64,000 nt of DNA from a virus: IMG/VR virus record IMGVR_UViG_3300050014_001197, positions 64,001 through 128,000 of that record. One strand, 5' to 3'. The notes under the pieces are model-generated. The model was not told where the DNA came from, searched no databases, and saw only the letters and a list, made by a program, of their open reading frames with translations. Below, one piece after another: positions 38,057 through 49,400 of this stretch (positions are counted from its first letter, which is position 1; each line of letters begins with the position of its first letter). The translations under genes and the position numbers were made by a program.

Positions 38057-41000
38057 ATGGGTCTTAAAGAAAAATTAATAAAAGAAGCTTTTGGAAAGCT
38101 TCAATCATCAATCGAGAAATTTAAAGGGTTTTTAAAGAAACCCGCTGTTCTTCTCGCTTTAAAGCTTGCTGCTTTTATTCTACTTAATAAAATTCTTGAT
38201 GAACTTAAAAAACAAATTGGTAAAAACATTACGGATGATGAAGCGTTAAATTATGTTAAAAATCATAGAGATCTCCAAAAGCTTTTAGGAGAGATCGGAA
38301 ATGATATTGATGAATCCGATCTAAATGAAATTGTTCTCGCTTGCGAAAATTCAGATTTTTATGCTCAGGAATTCGATAATTTTCTTAAATCATTAGGAGA
38401 TAAGGATCTTTTCGCTGAAGACTATATTAATCTTTTTAATAATTCGGACGAATTTGATAATAAGGTTTCTAATTCATCTAAGGTATACCAAGCTGCTTAT
38501 AGAATAGCTGGAATAGCTCCGTGGCTTTTTCTAACATATGTTATAGTTTTAAAAATAAAGGATTTTCTAAATCAAAACGAAACACCTTCTCCTCATAGAG
38601 GAAAATATCTACAAAGACTTATTCGAAGTGTTTCTTCAATACTAAGTCAAGAAAGGTTAGAGACTAATAAAAGAAAAGAGATTCAAGCTCTTATAGGATC
38701 TTTTAAAATAATGGATGCTGTTATTTCTGGGGTTTTACTTGCCTCCCTAATTTATGTTACAAATAGAAAAAAGCTACAGAGCACTGCTTTAAATTCCTTT
38801 CAAGAAATTACTTTATCTCAAATATGTGAACCTACCCCAAATCCGAGTGATATAGAAATTATTCCACAACTTTTTGCAGAACAAATAATTTCTTGTCCTG
38901 TGGATATTGATGATAATCTTGTTCCCCATTTTCCAATGGAGGAAAAAAATATTTCCTGCGAAATTGTACAAAATCAAGATACTTCAATTATAGAAGGTTC
39001 CCAACCTGATATTGCTACAAAAGCTCTATTTCAAAATAATTCAAGTACCAATTTAAATATTCTTGTTAAAGCAGGGGATACTCTCAGCGTTAATGTTCCT
39101 ATGGCAACTTATGATGGAAATAAGATTTATTCTAGTGTAAATGGAATTGTTGAATTGGTTGAACCCAATAAAATTTATGTTCAGAATATTTCAGATCCAA
39201 ATCAGACATATTTAGAAGAAACTATAAACAAATTAAATGAAGCTTATAAAGAACAAAATGATACAAAATTTTTTATGAGTGAATTTTATTTGCCTACCAT
39301 TTATCCTGTAATGCTTAAATATTCTCCACTCATAGATGGAAGCCTTTCTATTAAAGAATCATTGTCCTTAATTTATAAAATTGGAGGGGTTAAACAAAGA
39401 TGGGATGGAATTATAACAACTTTCTCCAAACAGAAAAAAAGTTGGGAAAAAAGAAATAAGGATATTGCAGGTAGTGATAAAGTAAAAGCAAAAGCCGAAG
39501 CAGAACAAATGGGAGATATTAAAATTGAATTGGATCAAAGCGAACAAATTCTTTTTAAATATCTTAAATCAGATGGCCAAAATGGAATAAATCAGGCTAA
39601 GATAACAAAGCCGGATGAAAAGGAATTTGAACTTATTGAATTTTATTTTTCTCTTGCTGCTCAGTTATCTTCTTATTTTGATAAGAACAATATTACCACA
39701 GCTTTTATAAATAAAATAGATGAATTTTTAAGGAATAGATTTTTTACTGACAAATATAGTGTTAAAAAGATTAAAGATAAAATTAATGCTTATTGTAAAG
39801 AACTCTCTGAAGGAACTTTCTTTTCTATTGATCCTAATTTTTATGATGTTCTTCGTCAAAAATGGGATGAAGCTAATGCTAAAGTCGGAACTCGTTTTAC
39901 AGCTGGAGAAAACTATTTATTAGATTTACAAAAAAATAATAAAAAGAAAATAGATAATGAAAAAATAACAATAAGAAATTATATTTTATTTTTATTTAAT
40001 TTTAGTATTGAGATAGACAAACTAGTTGAAACAAAATACTCCCCAAATAAAACAAAATGGGTAGAAACAGAATTAGAAGGAAACCAAATTGAGCAGTTTT
40101 TTACGGGTCTTTGGAAAAGATATAATGCACTTCCAGAAGAAATTGAAGTTCTCTTAAAGAACTTAGATAGTATTTCAAGTACTTTTGCTACATATTCTAT
40201 TGCAGTTATTAATGGCGAACAATATAGATTATATTCCATTGCAGATCAATCTTGTCAACCTCCTGATGAAGATGATCCTTATCTTTCTCCAAATACTAAA
40301 AAGAAATATGGGGATTTATCTTATTGGATGCGTTATTGTGCTTTTGCAACTTTAGCAAGTGTAGCTAATCCTGCAACAAGCTGGTCAACAGGTTTGCCCC
40401 CTCCGATTGGACCTACCCCTTTTCCAATCGTTTATATTCCGATTAGGGCTTTTGAAACTAATTGGGGATTTATTGTTGTAGGCCTTACTATTACAGGAAT
40501 CTATCCCTTCCCCTGGGCTTTATTTGTTAATTGGTCAACAGAACACCATGTTCCTCTAGCCGATCCTGCAACATTACTAAAGAAAGAAATAGAAGCATTA
40601 AAGAAAGCTTTAACCGATCAGTTATCTCAATTTAAAAAAGATCGATTAAAAACTTACTTAGATAAAGCAAAAGCAGATATTAAAGAAATTGAAAATAGAA
40701 TAATTAATTTGCAAAATCAAAAACGAGATTTGCAGACTAAAAAACCAAAAAGAGATCGTTCGGTGGATACTAAAGAAGATATACCAAGATATATGTCTGC
40801 TCTTTATTTATGGACAACTGATATGACAAGTTTGAGCGAACAAATTCTTATTGATAAAAAAGATAAAGTTCAATTCGAAATAAAATATAAAATAATTAAA
40901 GATGCTTATGCTGGATCTTCTATTGCTCAAAATCCGGATCCTAAAATACAAGCATTACAAAAAACACAGGATCAAATCGATAAGCAATTCGCTAAACTCG

Positions 41001-41410
41001 ATACTTTATTAGCTAATATGGATAAATTTTTAGCTCCTCTTCCTATTGCTACAAAACCCGAAACCGCTAATTTTGCCTTTACATTAAAGAACCCAAAACC
41101 TATAATCAAAATGGCTGCGGATATAGACCAAAATGTTAATTATGGTCCTTTGAATGCTATCATAGATAAATTTGAATTAAAGAATGAAGATTTGATGAAA
41201 TCGAATTACGGTCCTGCTTTATCCAAATCGTTTAATAATTTTAAAGCTTATAAGGCTGCTTTAAAAGCAGCAATGCCAACTATTATTCAATCGGATCCAT
41301 TTCCTAAGTGGGAAAATTTAAAGCCAAGTAATTTACCCTGGATGACTTTCTTATTAAAAGAATGGGCTCCAACCGGAAAAACCTGTTATGGATTTCCTGG
41401 TTTTCCGTAA
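38057..41410 (+). CDS. Very large tail protein, tape-measure-like
   Basis: 1117 aa with long coiled-coil stretches plus hydrophobic segments (AGIAPWLFLTYVIVLKI, and near the C-terminus PFPIVYIPIRAFETNWGFIVVGLTITGIYPFPWALFVNW), next to the hub gene. Confidence 0.35.
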   Translation: MGLKEKLIKEAFGKLQSSIEKFKGFLKKPAVLLALKLAAFILLNKILDELKKQIGKNITDDEALNYVKNHRDLQKLLGEIGNDIDESDLNEIVLACENSDFYAQEFDNFLKSLGDKDLFAEDYINLFNNSDEFDNKVSNSSKVYQAAYRIAGIAPWLFLTYVIVLKIKDFLNQNETPSPHRGKYLQRLIRSVSSILSQERLETNKRKEIQALIGSFKIMDAVISGVLLASLIYVTNRKKLQSTALNSFQEITLSQICEPTPNPSDIEIIPQLFAEQIISCPVDIDDNLVPHFPMEEKNISCEIVQNQDTSIIEGSQPDIATKALFQNNSSTNLNILVKAGDTLSVNVPMATYDGNKIYSSVNGIVELVEPNKIYVQNISDPNQTYLEETINKLNEAYKEQNDTKFFMSEFYLPTIYPVMLKYSPLIDGSLSIKESLSLIYKIGGVKQRWDGIITTFSKQKKSWEKRNKDIAGSDKVKAKAEAEQMGDIKIELDQSEQILFKYLKSDGQNGINQAKITKPDEKEFELIEFYFSLAAQLSSYFDKNNITTAFINKIDEFLRNRFFTDKYSVKKIKDKINAYCKELSEGTFFSIDPNFYDVLRQKWDEANAKVGTRFTAGENYLLDLQKNNKKKIDNEKITIRNYILFLFNFSIEIDKLVETKYSPNKTKWVETELEGNQIEQFFTGLWKRYNALPEEIEVLLKNLDSISSTFATYSIAVINGEQYRLYSIADQSCQPPDEDDPYLSPNTKKKYGDLSYWMRYCAFATLASVANPATSWSTGLPPPIGPTPFPIVYIPIRAFETNWGFIVVGLTITGIYPFPWALFVNWSTEHHVPLADPATLLKKEIEALKKALTDQLSQFKKDRLKTYLDKAKADIKEIENRIINLQNQKRDLQTKKPKRDRSVDTKEDIPRYMSALYLWTTDMTSLSEQILIDKKDKVQFEIKYKIIKDAYAGSSIAQNPDPKIQALQKTQDQIDKQFAKLDTLLANMDKFLAPLPIATKPETANFAFTLKNPKPIIKMAADIDQNVNYGPLNAIIDKFELKNEDLMKSNYGPALSKSFNNFKAYKAALKAAMPTIIQSDPFPKWENLKPSNLPWMTFLLKEWAPTGKTCYGFPGFP

Positions 41411-41506
41411 TCTTTTCCTAGCATGCCACCGTTGCCTATATAATTTATTTTTTATTTTGAAGTCTTTTTCGTATATTTGCAGTAGATAAATATAAAAAAC
41501 GAAGAG

Positions 41507-42244
41507 ATGAAAAAACTTGTTTGCGAATCCCTAGAGGAATTATATGGAACCGATCAACCTGAAATAGAATATTCAGGTGGTGAAAAAGCTGCTATATCAA
41601 GAGGTAATGATGTTATAACCAAACCACAACTAGCTGCGATGTATTTAGCTGCTAAAGATGCTATGGGAAGATCAGAAGATACTCGAGGTAGAGGCGATAG
41701 CGGAATGACACGTAATGCACTAAAAATGGGCAAAGAAGAGAATACAGATTTCCAAAAGCTATCTGCTCCAAGACTAGGAGATGTATTGGGTCTCAAACCT
41801 CGTACGGTTAGTTATACAATATCTAAATTTAGACTTTTATTACAAGGAAATCGTGAAGGAATCTTTGGCAATGATTTATATGATAAAATAATAAATGCGT
41901 TTGATGAATTTAAAGGAATGGAGGATCAAGGTCTTTCTGGAGAGTTATACTCATTAGCCAGCGAAGCTGTTAATATGGATGCAGGTACAGAGATATCCGA
42001 CAAATGGGCTGAAGAAACATCGGATCAAGGTAGAAAAACAAGAGAAAAAATTCAGAAAAGAAATGCGAAAATTATTCAAGCCACCTATGATTTATACAAT
42101 CAACTCAGAAGAGTTTTGGGTGAAAAAGCACCAAAGGCAGTTGTTAATAAACTTTCCACAGAATATAAGTTGTCCCCCGAGGATCTTCGCACAATAATTA
42201 AGACCAATCTTAAGAATGATCCAAATTTAGCCAGAAAATTTTAA
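41507..42244 (+). CDS. Hypothetical protein with a variant leader N-terminus (MKKLVCESLEELYG)
   Basis: The N-terminus is shared with 54100..54732 (MKKLVCESIEQLF) and resembles the family leader up to E-S-L. Confidence 0.4.
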   Translation: MKKLVCESLEELYGTDQPEIEYSGGEKAAISRGNDVITKPQLAAMYLAAKDAMGRSEDTRGRGDSGMTRNALKMGKEENTDFQKLSAPRLGDVLGLKPRTVSYTISKFRLLLQGNREGIFGNDLYDKIINAFDEFKGMEDQGLSGELYSLASEAVNMDAGTEISDKWAEETSDQGRKTREKIQKRNAKIIQATYDLYNQLRRVLGEKAPKAVVNKLSTEYKLSPEDLRTIIKTNLKNDPNLARKF

Positions 42245-42252
42245 GTAGAGGA

Positions 42253-42492
42253 ATGGGAATAATCAGGGAATCTTTAAATTTTGAACGTGGGCTTGAGCCA
42301 AAAACTTCCATGAATGTAGGTAAATCTCATCTTGATCAAGAAGTTATGGATGAAACTGATTGGGCAATTGATCTCGAAAAGCATTTATTTCTTTATGATA
42401 TTATTAAACTCATTAGAGATTACAGAGGTTATCCTATTCTTGTTCTGAAAAATAAACAGCAACTACCCCCGAAAAAGCTTTGGATAATCTAA
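42253..42492 (+). CDS. Leader-motif family protein, short (possibly decayed) tandem paralogue
   Basis: MGIIRESLNFERGLEPKTSMNVGK...ETDW...LIRDYRGYPILVL. Same architecture as 42480..42917 but lacks its C-terminal half. Confidence 0.4.
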   Translation: MGIIRESLNFERGLEPKTSMNVGKSHLDQEVMDETDWAIDLEKHLFLYDIIKLIRDYRGYPILVLKNKQQLPPKKLWII

Positions 42493-42917
42493 AAAGAAGT
42501 ATCGATAGCGAAATAGCAAAAGAAGATACTTCTCATAATGCATGGAAAGAGGAACAAAAAAAATTAAAAGAATCTTTGAATTTTGAAAGAGGATTAGAAC
42601 CTAAAAAATCTATGGGAATTGGATTAACAGTTCTTGATAAAAAAATTATTGAAGAAACTAATTGGAGTGAAAATCTTGACAATATTTTACAAGTAGCTGA
42701 CATTGTGAAACTAATTAGAAATTATCAAAATTATCCTATACTTATTATTAAATTTCGTCCTGAAAACTTTGCTGTTGGCCAAGAGCTTTATATAGGAATT
42801 TCTCCAGCAGATAAAACTGATATGGTTGAAACTGAGGAAATAGCTATCCATGATGCTAAAATAGATATAGAGAACTATTACATTCGAGAAAAATATAAAA
42901 AAACATTATACCCATGA
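42480..42917 (+). CDS. Leader-motif family protein
   Basis: ESLNFERGLEPKKSMGIGL...EETNW...LIRNYQNYPILIIK...YIGIS. Confidence 0.5.
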   Translation: MDNLKRSIDSEIAKEDTSHNAWKEEQKKLKESLNFERGLEPKKSMGIGLTVLDKKIIEETNWSENLDNILQVADIVKLIRNYQNYPILIIKFRPENFAVGQELYIGISPADKTDMVETEEIAIHDAKIDIENYYIREKYKKTLYP

Positions 42918-43732
42918 GAGCAAAATTTGTATTATTAAATGAAGGATTCGGACAGAAGGATCTTGTACGTATGACCGATATAAAAACCAAATCTGCAGGA
43001 AATCACGAGAAAGAACTTTCTTTAGCTAGAACTCAAGCAAATATTATTCAGGATCCTGGTAAAGCTCAAGCAAGAGCTGAAGCTGCTATAGAAGTATTTG
43101 GTGCGGGAAGTGATATATCTCAGATATTCCATGATAGAGCTGTTGATCTAGGTGGTTCTGGTGTAAGATCAAAAGCTTCGGCAGATGTTCTTGCTCCTGT
43201 AGTAGGACCTGTTGGAAAAGGAGAAAAGCTAGAAAGAAAATTTAAAACTCAATATCTTCTTCCATCTGAAAGAGTTGCTGGTGCTAATGCAGAAAAGCAA
43301 TCCGGTGGTGGCGGTGGATTTCAAAGAGGAAATTCTGAAATATTTAAAAATCTAGGAATAGGAAGATTTTCTGAAGCCGGTGCAACTGAAATCGGGGGAA
43401 AACGTTTAAGCAAAGGCTATATAGCTTCTATTGGTAGAGTTAATTTTGGAACAGGAGAATGCGAGTATTTTAATGTTCATGATATCTATAAAGGTAGTAC
43501 TGCTGAAATTTGGAAAGATTATAATGGACATTTTAAAGTAATATTTACTTCCGGAGATAAGCCTCTTGGAAAGCTTGAGGATTTTGCAGAATTTGTTAAT
43601 GATCAAACTATGAAATCTCTGAGCGGAGGTCGAGGTACGTCATGGACTCTTAAAGATTATGTCCCTGAATCTGAACTTAAAGAACTTATTAGAGTTTATG
43701 GAGGAAGTCTCCCAGGATATTGCTATAAATAA
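42914..43732 (+). CDS. Hypothetical protein, paralogue of 19679..20362
   Basis: See 19679..20362. Confidence 0.4.
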   Translation: MRAKFVLLNEGFGQKDLVRMTDIKTKSAGNHEKELSLARTQANIIQDPGKAQARAEAAIEVFGAGSDISQIFHDRAVDLGGSGVRSKASADVLAPVVGPVGKGEKLERKFKTQYLLPSERVAGANAEKQSGGGGGFQRGNSEIFKNLGIGRFSEAGATEIGGKRLSKGYIASIGRVNFGTGECEYFNVHDIYKGSTAEIWKDYNGHFKVIFTSGDKPLGKLEDFAEFVNDQTMKSLSGGRGTSWTLKDYVPESELKELIRVYGGSLPGYCYK

Positions 43733-43734
43733 TA

Positions 43735-45144
43735 ATGAAACTAGTTAGGGAAAATATTCATTTTGAACGTGGAATAGACCCCAAAAAATCTATGAGAATT
43801 GGTCTTGTCCAAAAATGGTTGTCTTTAAAAAAAGGGGATATTTTAAAAATAATAAAAGAATTTACAACCGATTCTCAACATGAAATTAGGGATGATTCCC
43901 GCTATCATATTTTTCCGAAAGGGTATTATCTTCAAATTAATACAGACTCTGAATTATATGATGATGGTTGTATCGGATTTACAGCTTATCTCGGAGATAA
44001 AAATACTCGAACTTCTGATGATATTTTTATCTGGGGAACTCCTCTTCAATTAGAAAACCTATTAGAATTAGTTCCGAGAATGCAAGAAGCTCAGTATTTT
44101 ACAAGAGGGGTAGAACCCAAAAAATCTATGACTATTGGTCAAACTTATTTAGACATAAAATTTATTGAAGAAACCGATTGGTGGGTAACTTATAATCCAA
44201 AAGAATATAAAATTATTGATTTAATAAAAGATTATAAAGGATTTCCAATATTACTTATGAGTTCAAAAGTTCCCCAAAAGGTAGAGGATGAGGGGGAAAC
44301 TTATTTTGCCGGGGAAACTTATTATATAGGAACTTCTGCATTTATAACAAAATTGGGGGGAGAGGTATCAAAAATTCCAGAAAAGGCTTTGGAAAAAGTC
44401 AAAAAGGCTATAGATGCTCATATTAATAAAACTAATGAGTCCCAAAATTTTGAAAGAGGACAGGATCCTAAAGATAGTATGAAAATAGGGAGAGTAGGAG
44501 AACGTGCTATTAAAAAGGTCCTAGATCTATTGGTTGAAATAAGAGGAGGGGAATATAAAATATCTAATGTTTTTCCTTATTCACTAGGTATTATCGAAGG
44601 AACATATTTTATGCCCCCGGGATATGATAAAATTTTTAGAGCAGATAATTTTTTTATTCGATATTATCCTGCTAAAGCATCCACAGAAATAGAAACCCAA
44701 GAAGATTATTTTTCTTATGGCTATCGTATTGAGGGAAAAATAATGAAAGAGAAAATTCTCGCAACTGCTGAAGAAGGATTAACAGAAATTCTTAAACAAT
44801 TAACTCCGTTACCACATGATCCAGTTCGGGAAGTTTATCACTTTCAAAGAGGAATGGAACCCAAAAAGTCTATGAGAATTGGAAAATATACTCAACCATA
44901 TAAAAAAGGGGATAGGGTAAAAGTTTGGATACCCAGTGAGAAAAGACTTGTAGAACTTAGAATAAATGAGGATGAGGACACAGATTCGAATGACAACCCA
45001 ATAACGAAAACCATGCTTTCAAATAAAAAACCTGCTTGGAAAGTTAGAAGAATTTGGGTTCGATATTTAGGAGAAATCCGAACAGCTAATTATGCCATTC
45101 AACCAGAAAATCCAGACGAAGATAGATGGATTATGCACCAATAA
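43735..45144 (+). CDS. Leader-motif family protein with four motif-initiated modules
   Basis: MKLVRENIHFERGIDPKKSMRIGL; YFTRGVEPKKSMTIGQ; QNFERGQDPKDSMKIGR; YHFQRGMEPKKSMRIGK. Confidence 0.6.
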   Translation: MKLVRENIHFERGIDPKKSMRIGLVQKWLSLKKGDILKIIKEFTTDSQHEIRDDSRYHIFPKGYYLQINTDSELYDDGCIGFTAYLGDKNTRTSDDIFIWGTPLQLENLLELVPRMQEAQYFTRGVEPKKSMTIGQTYLDIKFIEETDWWVTYNPKEYKIIDLIKDYKGFPILLMSSKVPQKVEDEGETYFAGETYYIGTSAFITKLGGEVSKIPEKALEKVKKAIDAHINKTNESQNFERGQDPKDSMKIGRVGERAIKKVLDLLVEIRGGEYKISNVFPYSLGIIEGTYFMPPGYDKIFRADNFFIRYYPAKASTEIETQEDYFSYGYRIEGKIMKEKILATAEEGLTEILKQLTPLPHDPVREVYHFQRGMEPKKSMRIGKYTQPYKKGDRVKVWIPSEKRLVELRINEDEDTDSNDNPITKTMLSNKKPAWKVRRIWVRYLGEIRTANYAIQPENPDEDRWIMHQ

Positions 45145-45145
45145 A

Positions 45146-45481
45146 TTACCACACGGATAATGGAATTCTTTTCCATCTTTTTGATTGTGGAATCCACACA
45201 TACAAATAATTTTCATCAACTGATATATGAGTTCTAGGATCTACTGGAAGACTCTCTGGCGGTAATTCCACTATTTCATCCTGTTTAGAAAAAGCAACAG
45301 CTGTAACATTTCTTTTAAATATATCTTCATCTAATTGTATTTGAATAATATTTCCGAGTTTTTCAATAGAAAGAATACCTGCTTTTCTCCATTCATTGGA
45401 ATCGACTGGTAAAAAAGTATTATTTGGATTTGCTTCTTCTATCCTATTTCCTTTATAAAATCTATCTTCCATAATTTTCAA
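45146..45481 (-). CDS. Hypothetical protein
   Basis: ORF. Confidence 0.3.
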   Translation of the reverse strand: MKIMEDRFYKGNRIEEANPNNTFLPVDSNEWRKAGILSIEKLGNIIQIQLDEDIFKRNVTAVAFSKQDEIVELPPESLPVDPRTHISVDENYLYVWIPQSKRWKRIPLSVW

Positions 45482-45935
45482 AATTTATTAAGGATTCTTT
45501 TACCAATTTGTTTTTTCCCCATTTATAATGATAGTTATCTTTTTTGTCAATAACATCTTTGTATTTTTCTTCATCCTCTTTTCCTTTGTTATTGGCTTTT
45601 CCCAAAACAGTAGATTTATATTTTCCATCACTGCTTTTTATCAATTCATTTATCTTCTTATTCATATAATATGCTGATGTAGATATAGAATTATAATCTG
45701 GTTTCCCTGTTATTAAGCTAATTCCGTTATCGAGTAATATAAATATAAGTTTTGGCCCATATCCCTTCCCTTTTTCAAATGCTTCAATATGTCTGATAAT
45801 TACATTCTTTTTATCTTTACTATCATTAGAAATCCCGGCTACTGGTTTTTTATTATTATATAAAATCCAAGATGGATATCCTTCTGAATAGCCTTTTCTC
45901 GGCCATTTTCCATATTTTAATTCCATATTTATCAA
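45462..45935 (-). CDS. Putative GNAT-family N-acetyltransferase
   Basis: IEAFEKGKGYGPKLIFILL resembles GNAT motif A (R/Q-x-x-G-x-G/A). Confidence 0.3.
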   Translation of the reverse strand: MINMELKYGKWPRKGYSEGYPSWILYNNKKPVAGISNDSKDKKNVIIRHIEAFEKGKGYGPKLIFILLDNGISLITGKPDYNSISTSAYYMNKKINELIKSSDGKYKSTVLGKANNKGKEDEEKYKDVIDKKDNYHYKWGKNKLVKESLINFENYGR

Positions 45936-46477
45936 TTATATGTGTGAGTTCCTAAAACTTCTGCTTTTAAATCCATTGACATTGCAAGAACTCTAATATC
46001 TTCTAAACATTCTTCTTCTGCACCTCCGCAAAGAATAGTTCGTTTTCCTTCCTTTTTCAATTTTTCGAATAATGCGAATAGTTTTTCTTCAAAAATAAAC
46101 CAGGGATGTATTCCTCCTACATAAAGAAACCACATACGTTTTGGTTCTTTTCCTGCAACAAATAATTCTCCAGATTCAAAATGAAATTTAAAACCTTCTT
46201 TTAAACCAGCTTTATCTTTTTCAGAAAAATCGTAATGCTCAACATCCTCTTCAGCCAATTCTCCTCCATATTCTTTACGAATTCGATCTAATTCATTTGG
46301 AAACTTAAAATCGGGAGTATTTACATCAACAGCATCCCATATTTGATAGACTTCGTCAAATTGTTCGCACAATTCAAATATTCCCTCAACATATTCATCT
46401 GAGACAGATTTGAAATGAACTTGAACATCAACTACAATTAAGACATCCATTATTGAACTTTTATTAATCCTTCCCAA
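45932..46477 (-). CDS. Isochorismatase/nicotinamidase-family hydrolase-like protein
   Basis: VLIVVDVQVHF resembles the A-L-L-V-I-D-M-Q-N-D-F motif of the cysteine-hydrolase family. Confidence 0.3.
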   Translation of the reverse strand: MGRINKSSIMDVLIVVDVQVHFKSVSDEYVEGIFELCEQFDEVYQIWDAVDVNTPDFKFPNELDRIRKEYGGELAEEDVEHYDFSEKDKAGLKEGFKFHFESGELFVAGKEPKRMWFLYVGGIHPWFIFEEKLFALFEKLKKEGKRTILCGGAEEECLEDIRVLAMSMDLKAEVLGTHTYN

Positions 46478-49400
46478 ATCTGGGTTTTTAAGTTGCCGTA
46501 TTTATCAAAGGATTCAACCTGAACGTCATAAGTTCCTATTTGATTAAAAATAAATGGAACGCTATCGTTAAATACTTTGAAGATAATCTGATTTGGATCG
46601 TGGTTTTTTACAGTCCACACATTATGCTGATCCAACATATAATTACTTACATCATATAAGGACTTAAATATAACAAGAGTGCTAGTATCTACTGTAATTG
46701 CTTCATTATATAAAAAGAAAGTTGAATTTACTAAATTATCTGAAGGATCGTACCATTGCTGATTTACATAATCCTGATCAAATAACATATTAATAACTAC
46801 AAATGTATTATCCAAGAAATATTCCTGACAATAACTATTCTTTAAATAGATTTTAAAATTATTTGCGATTTCAACAGCATGATCTGTTTCAATTGTAAAA
46901 TCTGAATAAGTTGAAAAAGCATGTTTAATTTTAATCGTATACTTGCTTGAATCAATAAAGAATTGAGGAATATTCTGATTAAATGTATGGGTCATTCCGG
47001 ATACATCTATAACTCTATAAGAAGATCCCCAGGAATATCCCGTACTTCCATCAGAAACTATAACTCCTACTAATTGGCCAGGTTCAAATTGATAATCAAT
47101 TACATCCAATATTAAATTAGAACCTATATTTTGAGCATTTGAAGTATTTCTATGAGTATTATTAAGAATATAAAGTTCTGAACTAGCATCTATTGTAATT
47201 TCAACAGGTATCTGATCCAAAATAGCTAATGTAGGTTGTGCAGATCCTGGATAAACTGAACTAGATGATGCAATATGAGCACTAGCTTCTAAAGTTAAAT
47301 GATATTTTCCCTTATCAAATTTAACAAGTTGAATATCATCTCCAGTGTAAAATTTCTGATAATCCGGATCAATTTCAATAGTAGAACCTGCTATATTTAC
47401 AACTCTTTCTGTTAAGTTTATAAATCTATTCAAAGAATCTGTTTCCGGAAGATCCTGAAAATAAGTAATCGAAGGAATAGTAATATAAGGATCTCCAGAT
47501 GGATCAAATTCAAGACTTAGTCCTTGTAAGGGAATATATTTATCAAATAGTGGAAAACGATTTGCAGAAATAAGAGCGCTCACATCATTTAAATTCATAA
47601 AAGTACTTACTTCATAAGTTAAATAATTAGAACTATCTACTAAAGAATAAATCCTTGGAAATTTTGTCCAAACTGGATGAGTATATTCCATTTGATTTGT
47701 AAAAATGTTATTAAACCCGTCCCATGCATAAAGTTCAATATGAAAATCCCCAGTATGATTTACTCTAAAAAGATAAACCTGGTTATCAACTACCTTTGCT
47801 ATAGAAGGATCCGAGCCTTGTGACCAATAATAAGCTGAAGGATCATAAATGTATAGAGGCATTCTTGGAGATCTATAAACAACATTTAAGGTAATTTTCT
47901 GCTCGCCTAAAGATGAATCATAATTCCAATTTATAGTAGTTTCTAAATTTTCAATTCCGGCTGTGCTTGGATCTGTTACCCAATCTTTAATTCCTAGGAT
48001 ACTAGAATCCATCATAATCTTGCCATCGATAATATCTAAGAAATATTTTTTATTTAAAGAAATAACATTATCTGAAGCATCTGTAAATTTATAATTTTCA
48101 AAACTTAATAAAGGAACTCTATAATTAGCATCAAATTCATAAATTAATTTTGAATTTGTATCAGGAACTAGATTTACATAATCAAAGGATTGCCAAACAT
48201 GAAATCCTGCAGAATTATCAATCCAATATCCTCCAGTGCAAGGATCCGAATAAATGGAATAAGCAATTGAGTCTTCCCAGATATCATTTGATGGATCCGC
48301 ATCCTTTAAATAAGCTTTCTCTAATAAAATATTTAAATTACTATTATCATAAAATTGAGAAGAAGTATCCAAAACATTGAAAAATCTTATTTCATTATCA
48401 TAAATCCATAATGGTTTTGTTACTAAGTTATTAGTAACAACTCCAGAATCTGTTTTTTCTACAGAAAGTTTCCATTGAATATCAAAAAGATCTACTAAAG
48501 GAAATTGAGCCGATGGACCAATAAAAATAGTTGAAGAATCTGATAAAAGAGCTGAAGTATCCGTAATATCGAAATATCCATAAGAAGGATTCCAAGCAAA
48601 TTTAATAAAATCTATTGCTCTCATAGGAAGATTTTGAACTGTAGATGATCTTAATTCTTCTAAAGTTAAAGCCATGCTAGCATCCCCAGCAACCAATTCT
48701 GTACTTTTAGCTAATACATATGGAGAAACAGATTGTCTATAATTTGATTCTATTCCTATATTTTGAGTAGCATAAATAAAATTCTGATATCTTTCAAAAT
48801 AAATACCTTCTCCTGTAATATCTGTAATACGGGCGTTTACCCCTATAATCCATCTTTCAAGCCATTGTTTAAGAGCATATAATTTAATAAGAATTTCATT
48901 TAGATTATAGCTATAACAATCTTCAGTTAATGGATTTCCCCATTCATCAATTTCTCCTGTTTCTCGGGTAAGACAATAAACCAGGGAAAGCTGATTTAAT
49001 TTTTTAAGATTTCTTCTTTCTTCGGGACTAAAATAAAGAATTGTTTTTGTTCTTTCTGCAGCATCATATGGAACTGTTAAAGACAATTTTGTTCTCTCTT
49101 TAACGTTTCTATACCATTCCTTGACACTTATATCATCATACCCCAGCCATTTAATAGCATTAATAAGAGCTTTATATGTTCCTATATAAGGCATGATTTT
49201 ATCATGCTCCAGAATCATATGCTTTGATTTTTGATTAAGAAGTTTCCAATCAGGAAGAGCTTCATTAATATCCGCTTCCTTAAATAAGATAGGAGTAGCT
49301 TTTGGGCTTGGTAATCCAAAATTAGTTATAAGGGTATCAAATCTTTCATCAGGCCCAATAGATTCAGCATTAATAAGAATTTCTGCAATGAGATAGTCTG

